From assembly GCA_900617105.1 (NCBI GenBank), contig UYFQ01000146.1, forward strand, positions 51,270 to 71,269: DNA of 20,000 nt. Direction: 5' to 3'. Origin of the DNA: Hydrurus foetidus. Taxonomy: Eukaryota. A program made the translations under genes and the position numbers. Shown here piece by piece: positions 9,355-18,188 of this stretch. Under the pieces are notes generated by a model. It did not search any database and was not told where the DNA came from. It saw nothing but the letters and a program-made list of their open reading frames with translations. Every line of letters starts with the position of its first letter. The first letter of the stretch is position 1.

Positions 9355-9509
9355 AGTGTGGCACTTGTGGCGTATTCTGCCCTTTTTGCACAAAGTTTTC
9401 TACAAAAAAAAGAAAAAACAAAAACATTTTATAAATATGTTTGTTTGTTTAAGGATTAATAAAGATTATTTTGTTCAAGTGGGGCAAGAAACGCCACAAA
9501 CGCCACACT
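9355..9509. repeat. 28-bp imperfect inverted repeat with paired TGTGGC/GCCACA hexamers flanking an AT-rich spacer; candidate replication origin
   Basis: Arms 9355-9382 and 9482-9509 match at 23/28 positions as reverse complements; 99-bp AT-rich spacer. The origin function is inferred. Confidence 0.7.
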
Positions 9510-9964
9510 ACCCTTCAATAATATTATAGTCATTTACTGTATTTTCTGTACTTTTTTCTACCACAATATCGTGACCCATTAATTTATATCCTAACAAAAC
9601 GTTTCTATATTCTCTTGTTTTATCCTTGTAATCTTCTCTAAATGTTCGATGGGTTTCAAAGAACTCATAAAAGTTTTTAAGATTATATTTGTGTTTTTGT
9701 TCTTTTGTAAAGTTGTAAAAAGTGTCAGTATTTTTTAGTTTTTCATAAGCATCTTTAAGTTTTAAAATGTCTGTTTTCTTATCATCAGTTTTTATGTAAT
9801 AATCATTAAACAACTCCATAATAGGAAATGATTGATTGAGATAATTCATCGTCCTTTTTGCTACAACAGCAGGTATTTTCAATTTGTGTTCATTTCTCTG
9901 TAAATTCTTGTAAGAACTAATCAAAATTTGTAAGAAAGCGTCCCTGTGAGATTCCTTCCACGCC
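9508..9964 (-). pseudogene. C-terminal fragment of TVpol-SF3 primase-helicase, separated by retrotransposon insertion
   Basis: AWKESHRDAFLQIL... continues in frame from ...SLYKTMA at 15695 once the LTR element and one TSD copy are removed. Confidence 0.9.
9960..9964 (+). repeat. Left target-site duplication (A)CGCC
   Basis: ACGCC at 9960-9964 is repeated at 15694-15698; 4 vs 5 bp is ambiguous. Confidence 0.85.
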
Positions 9965-10228
9965 TGTAGCCTCACTGTATCTGTACTGCATGTACGGATA
10001 CACTGTGACTGTATACTATACCTGTACTGTAGATTCTAGAACGGACCCAAAGTCCGGTACAGTTTTCTTTTCTTTTCGTTTCCACGCGAGTACACATCAC
10101 TGTAGATACTACTGCTTGTTTCTCGCTGTAAACTATAAGAATACTCTTCCACCTCCCCCATCTTCGTTTTTCGCCTCCGTCCTCGTCCATCGTCCTCGTC
10201 CACCGTCCTTTGGTCACCAACGACCATA
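9965..10228 (+). repeat. 5' LTR (263-264 bp)
   Basis: Starts TGTAGCC, ends ...CGACCAT(A); no difference from 15431-15694 seen by eye; TATAAGAA at 10135. Confidence 0.95.
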
Positions 10229-10303
10229 ATATCGATATTTGGTTCTACGACCAAAATTCTGTCCTTTTATTCCTCCATCTTTTCTCGAGAAAATTTTCAG
10301 AGC

Positions 10304-11470
10304 ATGGCTATTCGCCGTATCCGTGCCAAAGCCTCGGCTAAGGCCACCACCAACACCACCAACACCACCGACAACACCAGCGCCATCTTAAGACGAGCTC
10401 AGCCGCGCGCTGTCGCCGTCGCAGCACGGAAGGCGTATCTTAAGCATACGCAGCGCAACGTCCAAGACATAGAGTCTCCTGGATCACCTGCGATTCAGGA
10501 CCCCGCCGGAGACCTGTCTGCGCCGGCGTCTCAGCCGACGTCGGGGCCTGCGGTCGTGTCTGCTATTGATGTGCCTGTCATTTCTGCGTTGTCTGCTTTA
10601 TCTCTTTCACCAGCTTCGGCTGCGATACCAGCTTCGGCTGCGACACCAGCTTCGGCTGAGATCACGTCGACTTCGGTCGATAGATCTGCTAATCAACGTG
10701 CTTTGGCACCACCAACTCAGTACGTGCAAGTTGGTGAGAAAGCTCCTAAGTTGAGCGCCAAGCCGTCTTGGCAAGAGGTTCAAAGAGTTTCAGAGGTTCT
10801 CCTCTCGAATGGAACGCCGTTTCGGCCAGTTGATGTCGTTCATCACAGCAACTTCCAATCTTTTAAAACCCTTTTGCAACTTCGATTTGCAACCGACCCT
10901 GATCGTCGAGACAGTTGTAACAACTGGAGAAACTGGACTAATCAGAATTTTTGTAGAGAATTGAATTTGGCAATTCCTGCAACTGCGACGTCCAGAACGG
11001 ATAAACTAGGATTCATTGAATCCATTACTCAGATTCAAATTCAATTTGACCTGAAGAACCCATCAGTGGAAGAAAAGACAGACCAGCTTTTAGCTGATAT
11101 TGTCGATGCATTCCCTGAGGTGTCAGCTGCCATGCAGTTAACAGCAACTAAAATTCTTATTGATAAGTTGCCAGCTGAACCCATTAATTGGAGGTCAGTT
11201 TTGTACCGCACTCTCGATAGAACGCCACGTCTTATCACGGTCGATGATTTTCGATTCGTGTGGCGTGCGCAACTAAGAAAGCTACGAGAAGCAATTGATG
11301 CTTTACGGTTTGTAGACGTCCACCCGACTTATGGCGATCATTCTCGCCAAATCAAAAACTCTAACCGTCCTCCTCAAGAGCCACGAATTAAAAACGGCAA
11401 CGAGAGGACGAGAAGCCTGAGCAATCTGACAAACCCCACTGTACCGGCTGTGGGAGACTTGGCCACTTAG
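10304..11470 (+). CDS. gag: Gag; continues via -1 shift at A5 run 11390-11394 into CCHC zinc knuckle and pol
   Basis: First ORF after the LTR. CTGCGRLGHLVATC (CX2CX4HX4C) lies at 11440-11481 in the pol frame. Confidence 0.85.
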   Translation: MAIRRIRAKASAKATTNTTNTTDNTSAILRRAQPRAVAVAARKAYLKHTQRNVQDIESPGSPAIQDPAGDLSAPASQPTSGPAVVSAIDVPVISALSALSLSPASAAIPASAATPASAEITSTSVDRSANQRALAPPTQYVQVGEKAPKLSAKPSWQEVQRVSEVLLSNGTPFRPVDVVHHSNFQSFKTLLQLRFATDPDRRDSCNNWRNWTNQNFCRELNLAIPATATSRTDKLGFIESITQIQIQFDLKNPSVEEKTDQLLADIVDAFPEVSAAMQLTATKILIDKLPAEPINWRSVLYRTLDRTPRLITVDDFRFVWRAQLRKLREAIDALRFVDVHPTYGDHSRQIKNSNRPPQEPRIKNGNERTRSLSNLTNPTVPAVGDLAT

Positions 11471-11553
11471 TAGCCACTTGTCGATTCGGCTCTTCTCCGT
11501 ACTTTAACAGTACCGAGAAACCTTTCCTTCAGTCGGAAGGAGGCAAAGATCTT

Positions 11554-13305
11554 TTGAAGATCGATCCCAAAGCGACGTTCATTCCAAACGCGTACGGAAC
11601 ATCTTCTTCTTCCGCTTCCTCCTCTTCTTCTGCGTCTTCTAAGACCGCGGCCTCGTCAGCAGACACTACTCGTGTCGCGAAGAAACAAAAAGGTGACTAC
11701 GTTTACAACCTTAATATGTCGTCAATTGACAACCCTTCCGTTTCATCGGATAAACATCTAATCCCCTTCTTTATTTCTCATATTTCTCAGCAAACTTCGC
11801 TGGAAGAGAAAAATAGAGTCTTCACTCTATTGGATACGGGATCGATCGCCAGCAATTTTATAGCTAGGCGTGTTATAAATAATCTTAACTTAACACAACA
11901 TGTTTCTAAATCTTCTAAGACAGCGTGTAAAGTTTGTAGTGGTTTAGATAATCATTGCTATGAAATTTCTGAAACCATCGACTTAAAACTTTCTTATTTT
12001 TGCCCTGATTTAAATAATTATTCTTCTTTCCAAATCACGGCTTATGTTTTAGAACAAACACAAATTGATCTAATAGTGGGAAGAAAAATTATACGAGATT
12101 TAGATCTATTCTCGATTTTCCCAGATCAAATAAAATCAAGCACTTCATCGCGACCAACCCCAATAAAGGGAGTCTCGACTTCTGAAGATGTGGTCATAAC
12201 ATGTGGCTGTCAGCCCGAAGAGACTTTGCAAACCTCTAAAGGAACCCCAAAAGATCTTTCATTAACCCAAATGAAAGATCCGGCAGTCACCCAAACACAT
12301 GTCATACTAGCTTCGTTAATTCAAGAGTCGGAACAACTATTTGGAGTTGTGCCGCCTGATGAAGATGAAATTGATGATTCATTAAATGACTCCTTTTCAC
12401 CATGGATTAATGAATTTCTTGATACAGATTCACTCTCGCTAATACACATAGCAGGTGATGAAGATCAGAAAAATAAACTCCGTTTACTATGTAACGAATT
12501 TAGGGATATATTTAGCAGTGAGCTTCCGGCTAGCCCTGCTGATATCCCACCGTTTGAACTTAACGTGGATGACGTAAAATGGAAAGTCTCCCGTAATAGA
12601 ACACCTCCTCGACCACAATCCACTGCAAATCAAGCTGACATTATACGTCAACTCGCGAAACTTGAAGAGCAAGGGATTATCGAGAAATCAAATGCGGCTT
12701 ATTACAGCCAAGTGCTTATGGTTCCAAAGTCTGACGGAACCAAACGCATGTGTATAGATTATCGAAATCTTAATGATTGTACCGAAGATGCATCATGGCC
12801 CATTCCTAACATAAATGAAATGTTACGTCGAATTGGTGCTCATAAAGCAAAAGTATTCGCTACACTTGATCTCACTCAAGGATATCATCAAGCACCGCTT
12901 ACACTGGCAGCACGCGCATACACTGCATTCATACTTTTCTGTGGCGTGTATCAATTCACTCGTCTGCCCTTTGGGCCTAAACGAGCTCCTTCTTACTTTC
13001 AACAGACCATGGCAACTGTTGTATTAGCTGGTTTGATTTACACTATATGCGAAATGTACATTGATGATTGCAATGTTTTCGGCAAAGACACTGACGAATT
13101 AGTTTTTAGACTCCGTCTTGTTTTTCAACGCTTTCGACAACATAAAATATTTCTTAAACCAAATAAATGTTATCTTGGCTATTCCGAAATTGATTATGTT
13201 GGCAAAGTCCTTTCTGCTGAAGGACTAAAAATGTCACAAGAAAAAATACGGCAAGTTTTAGATTTTCCCAAACCAGATATATCTAAACAACTTAAAAGTT
13301 TTTAG
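11554..13305 (+). CDS. pol: Pol: aspartic protease and reverse transcriptase (frame open from ~11392)
   Basis: LLDTGS protease motif (DTG at 11833); RMCIDYRNLN, LDLTQGYHQ, LPFGPK, YIDD (13057-13068) RT motifs. Confidence 0.97.
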   Translation: MKIDPKATFIPNAYGTSSSSASSSSSASSKTAASSADTTRVAKKQKGDYVYNLNMSSIDNPSVSSDKHLIPFFISHISQQTSLEEKNRVFTLLDTGSIASNFIARRVINNLNLTQHVSKSSKTACKVCSGLDNHCYEISETIDLKLSYFCPDLNNYSSFQITAYVLEQTQIDLIVGRKIIRDLDLFSIFPDQIKSSTSSRPTPIKGVSTSEDVVITCGCQPEETLQTSKGTPKDLSLTQMKDPAVTQTHVILASLIQESEQLFGVVPPDEDEIDDSLNDSFSPWINEFLDTDSLSLIHIAGDEDQKNKLRLLCNEFRDIFSSELPASPADIPPFELNVDDVKWKVSRNRTPPRPQSTANQADIIRQLAKLEEQGIIEKSNAAYYSQVLMVPKSDGTKRMCIDYRNLNDCTEDASWPIPNINEMLRRIGAHKAKVFATLDLTQGYHQAPLTLAARAYTAFILFCGVYQFTRLPFGPKRAPSYFQQTMATVVLAGLIYTICEMYIDDCNVFGKDTDELVFRLRLVFQRFRQHKIFLKPNKCYLGYSEIDYVGKVLSAEGLKMSQEKIRQVLDFPKPDISKQLKSF

Positions 13306-13850
13306 GTTTGGTAAACTATTTTCACGATTTTATCAAAAATGCTTCAACTGTACTATATCCGTTACACCAGTTGCTTGTTGATTATAATAAATCTAAAAAA
13401 TAGTTTGGACACCAGAAGCTGACTCAGCATTTGAGTTAATTAAATCTGAAACTGCAAAATGCACGACAATGCACTTTTTAAGTGACACCGATCCGATTTA
13501 CTTGCACACTGATGCATCGGATTACGGTGTAGGTGCTTATCTTTTCAGTTAGTTGACGGAAAAGAGACGCCCGTAGCATTTGTTAGTAAATCGCTTAACA
13601 AAGCTCAACTTAGGTGGGCAGTTATACAGAAAGAAGCATATGCTATTTTCTTTGCGTGCACGTATTTAAAATCGCTATTACGTGATCGGATGTTTACATT
13701 ACGCACCGATCATCGTAACTTGTTATACATTAAAAATCATTCAAATCCAATGATTGTTCGTTGGCTTATGGCTTTATCAGAATTCTCATTTAAAATTGAA
13801 TTCATTTCTGGTGTTAACAATGACATAGCTGATTCGATGTCTCGACTCTG
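13302..13850 (+). CDS. pol: Pol: RT connection and RNase H (broken by homopolymer frameshifts)
   Basis: Manual translation across shifts: LGLVNYF...VWTPEA...LHTDASDYGVGAYL...QKEAYAI...LRTDHRNL...ADSMSR. Confidence 0.92.
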
Positions 13851-14963
13851 TCGTAACAACATGATTGACCATCCTCAAGAATATTCACTTGAGACAATCA
13901 TGTCTGCCAATATTATTGAAAAATTCAAACTGACTCGTGAACAATACAATACTATAAGTAATGTACACAATTCACAAGTTGGTCACTTTGGTCTTGAGCG
14001 CACTTTAAAGCGTCTCAAAGACAACAACAAGGTGTGGCAGTTTCAACGACAGCATGTCAGGTGGTTCATAGATCACTGTTCGTGTTGTCAAAAGATGAGC
14101 ATGTTAAAGATCCCAATTCATGCTCACGGCTTTTCGACTTCTACTTACACACCTATGGAATGCCTTAACATAGACTTCGTAGGACCGTTTCCAGACGGGG
14201 GTACGTACTCGTAATTATCGATACGTTCACAAGGTGGGTTGAGCTGTTTCATACTAAAGATGCTTCGGCACTTTCGACAGCTCAATGCCTTTTGCAACAT
14301 TTCGGTCGTTTCGGCGCACCTCTCCAACTCCGTTCTGATAATGGGCCACACTTCATTGCCGAAGTTATCAAAGAGTTTCTAACTCTTATTGGCACTCAAC
14401 ACTGTTTAACGTTAGCTTATTCTAAAGAAGAAAACGCCATTGTTGAACGCATGAATAAAGAAGTTAATAGACACCTTCGTGCTTTAACTTACGATAACGT
14501 AACGCTTGATGATTATTCAACATCACTACCATTTGTGCAACGAATTTTAAATTCTAATCACAGTGATCGTTTAAAAATCTCTGCATCTCAATTGCTTTTC
14601 GGCAATATACTCAAATTAGACAGAGGAATATTTCTTCCTCCATCTGAGAGACTTGTTATTAATGACAAACCTTTGTCGGCACGTATGAGCAATCTATTAA
14701 AAATACAAGATAGTCTTCTCAAAGCTTCGGCCAAAGAACTTCTTCGTACAGATTTACTTCATCAAAACCAATCTCAGATCTCTCAGCATATTGAGTACCC
14801 TCGCGACTCATATGTTCTTGTACATTATCGCGATGGATCACCTCCAACACGTCTTCATACGCATTGGAGAGGTCCATTAAAAGTCGTCAGTGGCGAAAAT
14901 TCTCGTTACACTCTATACGATTTGATCACACAAAAACAGCGGTATATCATGTATCTGCCATGA
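13851..14963 (+). CDS. pol: Pol: integrase (HHCC, DDE core, GPY/F-like)
   Basis: H...GH...CSCC zinc motif; IDFVGP, SDNGPHF, VERMN catalytic D-D-E; WRGPLKV. Frameshift at G run 14197-14201. Confidence 0.95.
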
Positions 14964-15223
14964 AACCGTTTCTGTATGATCCAGCGATTACAAATCCTGT
15001 TGATGTCGCGCGTCGTGACCATATGGAATACTTCGTAGAAGACATCGTTGATCACCGTGGACCTCATCAACGCTCCAAGATTGAGTTTTTAGTCAAATGG
15101 TTAAATTACCCTTCTGATAAAAACACTTGGGAGCCTTACTCCAATCTTCGTGATGTTGATAAACTTCATGATTACTTGCGTCAAAATAATTTGACAAAAC
15201 TAATCAATAAACAACACCGTTGA
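14864..15223 (+). CDS. pol: Pol: C-terminal chromodomain (joined via shift at A run 14932-14936)
   Basis: EYFVEDIVDHR...IEFLVKWLNYPSDKNTWEPYSNL is a canonical chromodomain with aromatic-cage residues. Confidence 0.93.
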   Translation: MERSIKSRQWRKFSLHSIRFDHTKTAVYHVSAMKPFLYDPAITNPVDVARRDHMEYFVEDIVDHRGPHQRSKIEFLVKWLNYPSDKNTWEPYSNLRDVDKLHDYLRQNNLTKLINKQHR

Positions 15224-15404
15224 TTTCTTCACTCGAAACGTTATTCATGAAGAATTTACCTCCTATTTTTTTATATTCTTTTTTTGGAGGAATTTAGTCA
15301 GTAAGAGTCTGACATCATCGTTTTCGAAGTTTCTCATTTTTTTCAAAATGTGTTTTGTTTCGTCTTTCTTTCCCACTCTCATACAAATATTAGTAGAGTT
15401 CATT

Positions 15405-15430
15405 GGAAAAGAAAAGGGAAGAAGGGGTAG
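15405..15430 (+). other. Polypurine tract
   Basis: GGAAAAGAAAAGGGAAGAAGGGG(TAG) immediately precedes the 3' LTR. Confidence 0.92.
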
Positions 15431-15694
15431 TGTAGCCTCACTGTATCTGTACTGCATGTACGGATACACTGTGACTGTATACTATACCTGTACTGTAGAT
15501 TCTAGAACGGACCCAAAGTCCGGTACAGTTTTCTTTTCTTTTCGTTTCCACGCGAGTACACATCACTGTAGATACTACTGCTTGTTTCTCGCTGTAAACT
15601 ATAAGAATACTCTTCCACCTCCCCCATCTTCGTTTTTCGCCTCCGTCCTCGTCCATCGTCCTCGTCCACCGTCCTTTGGTCACCAACGACCATA
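15431..15694 (+). repeat. 3' LTR
   Basis: Direct repeat of 9965-10228, followed by TSD. Confidence 0.95.
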
Positions 15695-17800
15695 CGCCAT
15701 TGTTTTATATAACGAATTACCCTTAAAAACTGTGATATTATCAACCTCTTCATCAATACTTGTAAATCTATTAGGGAATAGGGCATCAATTACTCTCTCC
15801 TCTTCTGCGTCCCCTGGTGCAGATTTGAATTTAGGTCTAACATTACATTCCATTATAAGTATCATAGATAAATTGACGTTTGTTTTATTAGAATAAAGCA
15901 TTCTTCCAGATACATTACCGCCTCCAGTCAAAGATTTAATACAAGAGTTTTGTAAGGGTTCATCATCGTCAGGTTCTTTCATGATGACAATACGTTTATT
16001 ATCAATGGTTGCTAATTCAGGATTACCTCCAGTTTTCTGTTTTTCAGTAAGTAATGACACATTAGCGTATATAAGACAATAATCACCATAAATAAGTTGT
16101 AGGAATTCATTTAATAAACCTTTTCCGTTTCTCCCCTTTCCGTTGAATAACACGAATTTTTCAATAAGGTGTCCAGTCAACCCCGCACTCATAATTTCTA
16201 AAATTAGTTCACGTGTTTCGTCATCAGGAATGATTGTTTGTAGCAATGAAAGCATATCATTCATTGTTTCAGGATCTAAATTAAGGTTGTAATCGTAACC
16301 ACAAGTCATAGTAATATAATCATCATATCTTGTCTCTCTAAATTCGTGTTTTACAAGGTCATATACACCGTTATTAAAACCGATTATGTCAGGATTATTG
16401 TCAAACTTAATGTCTTCATTTACAAGGAATGCCTCACTTGAGTTTATTATGTTTATTTGATTACTACGATTTTTAAAATCCTTTAACGCCCAAGTGATGT
16501 TTGTTTCGATAATCCCTAATAATTCATTACCTTTCTGCATATCACTTCTTGCCCGTACTCTAATGTCTTCCAACATCTTAACTCCAACAGTGGAAATAAA
16601 TCTGACAAATTCCAGAGTCCCTGTTTCCCATCTTTTACCAGTCCAAGAGTACAATATGCTCTTTTCGTCTGTCTTGTTTTTAACCCAAATAAACTTGTTA
16701 GGGTATTCTTTGATAAGGAACATGACTGCCCCAATATGAGTTCTTACATCGAATTCTAAATACTTTTTATAGTTTTGTGAGTTTTCGTCCTCTTTTGGTT
16801 CAGTGTCTCTGTCTTCTTCTTGCAGAATGCTACTGTCAAGAATATCCAAATACCCGCTTATCATCTCCTTTTTCGTAAAATTAAGATCGAATCGAATTTC
16901 TCTGCGTACAATGTCGCTGAAGATAGTCAGTAATTCAGTTTTATATTTGTCTTTCTCAATCATGAGACCATCGGCACATAAAACACAAACTCCTTTATTT
17001 ACGATTTTTTTGTCAATACAATATTTATAGATTGTTTCAAGAACTCTCAACTCGTATTCTTGTAATACGAACGAACATACAGTACCAAATACATTGTGAG
17101 TGCCTTTATTTTGTTGTTTTTTATTTTTGAGTACAATCTCACATAGTTCGGGGTTTTTTATGCTAATTTCCCTATTAATTTGTGCCATAGAGTCATGAAA
17201 TGCTTTCATCATTGGAATTTCTCTAATTTTATCATTGAGAACGGCATCAGGACTGCACTTCGTAATGTCGATATTATGCTTCGTAATCCATTTATCAATA
17301 CCTCCGCCATAACAATAGATAATCATAAGCACTTTAATGTCTTCTCTACTGCATCCATAAGCACGAATTCCTTCAGTAAAATATTCATCTCTATTTTTTA
17401 CATATTTGTCTAAATATGAATGTTCGACGCCCTCAACCTCACATAACTGGTTCAACATCTCGGGGTGACAATTAACAACATCAATATCAACCATAGAATC
17501 TACACATAGTGTGTGTCGGATTTCTCTGCGTATGTTATGTAGTCCAAGTGCTTTTGCTGGATTAGAACGTCCATATTTGTTGTTAGGGGTTTTGCTATAT
17601 TTTACTGGAATTTTTCCATATTTCATTGATTTCAAATATGCTTGTAGTTGCTGTTTACCAGCGTGATCATTATTGAATGTTGTCTTGAGTAAAGATGAAT
17701 TTATCAACTTTTCAAGAACTGTTTTTTCAATCTTCTCGTATAGGGTAAGATTATCAGGAATGCTCGTTTTTGGTTCAACATTGAATGATAGTTTGCTCAT
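15680..17800 (-). pseudogene. TVpol (PolA-related primase-polymerase) fused to D5-like SF3 helicase; N-terminal part, interrupted at 15695
   Basis: PolA-like motifs DIDVVNCHP, K.L....YGGG, QEYE, LCADGLM; D5_N-like GFNNGVYDL...DYIT; Walker A GKGRNGKG, Walker B IVIMKE, motif C MECN. The likely start is ATG 17800 (MSKLSF) rather than 17902. Confidence 0.88.
15694..15698 (+). repeat. Right target-site duplication (A)CGCC
   Basis: Matches 9960-9964. Confidence 0.85.
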
Positions 17801-17839
17801 TGTCTCTTTACTATCACTTGATATTATATTATAAATTAC

Positions 17840-17895
17840 TGCCTTTACACTGTTATATAATATAATAACATAAACCAAATCAATTTTTTCGTGGG
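17840..17895 (-). promoter_or_regulatory. Putative early promoter cassette (AAAATTGA plus 39-bp shared element with TAAAG)
   Basis: Minus-strand AAAATTGA at 17880-17887; 17840-17878 is 36/39 identical to 19159-19197. Confidence 0.55.
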
Positions 17896-18110
17896 GCATC
17901 AATTATTGCCTGTTTTGCCTCTTTTTTCTCTTTATTCTTTTGTCGTAAAATCTTTTTCATTTCATCAAGATGCTCCTTATTCTTTAAATAATACGATTTT
18001 TGATACTCGTCGAACTTCTCTTTGTTGTTTTGTTTCCATAAGTCGTTTACTATTCTTGCGTTTATCTTTGCTTGAGCTCGTTCTTCGGGTGTAAAAGGAC
18101 ATTTTCCCAT
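17880..18110 (-). CDS. Small basic helical hypothetical protein
   Basis: YQKSYYLKNKEHL-type basic repeat common in large DNA viruses; gaaaATG start. Confidence 0.65.
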   Translation of the reverse strand: MGKCPFTPEERAQAKINARIVNDLWKQNNKEKFDEYQKSYYLKNKEHLDEMKKILRQKNKEKKEAKQAIIDAPRKN

Positions 18111-18172
18111 TTTCAGTATATATTATAGGGTTATTTCTTTATGTGCTAATTGAGAACTTTTAAAAATCTTTT

Positions 18173-18188
18173 TCAATTTTTTCGTGGG
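18173..18188 (-). promoter_or_regulatory. Second CCCACGAAAAAATTGA motif (AAAATTGA early-promoter-like)
   Basis: 16-bp exact copy of 17880-17895, about 63 nt upstream of ATG 18110. Confidence 0.55.

Larger units (their letters stand above)
9965..15694 (+). mobile_element. Ty3/Gypsy (Metaviridae) chromodomain-containing LTR retrotransposon, full length
   Basis: Two direct LTRs, TSD, polypurine tract, and domain order Gag(CCHC)-PR-RT-RH-IN-chromodomain. Confidence 0.97.

Noticed and set aside
9972..10254. Short ORFs in the LTRs (and their copies at 15348-15896)
   Set aside because: Incidental frames within LTR and junction sequence; no recognisable motifs.
10345..10660. Short tandem repeats in gag (ACCAACACC x3; CCAGCTTCGGCTG x3)
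   Set aside because: Ordinary low-complexity coding repeats in a disordered Gag N-terminus.
9965..15694. DIRS/Ngaro, retron or diversity-generating retroelement interpretation of the RT
   Set aside because: DDE integrase, chromodomain, direct LTRs, PPT and TSD define Ty3/Gypsy; no template/variable repeat pair seen.
17801..17902. N-terminal extension of the helicase ORF to 17902
   Set aside because: Runs through the duplicated AT-rich intergenic cassette and overlaps the upstream gene; likely non-coding.
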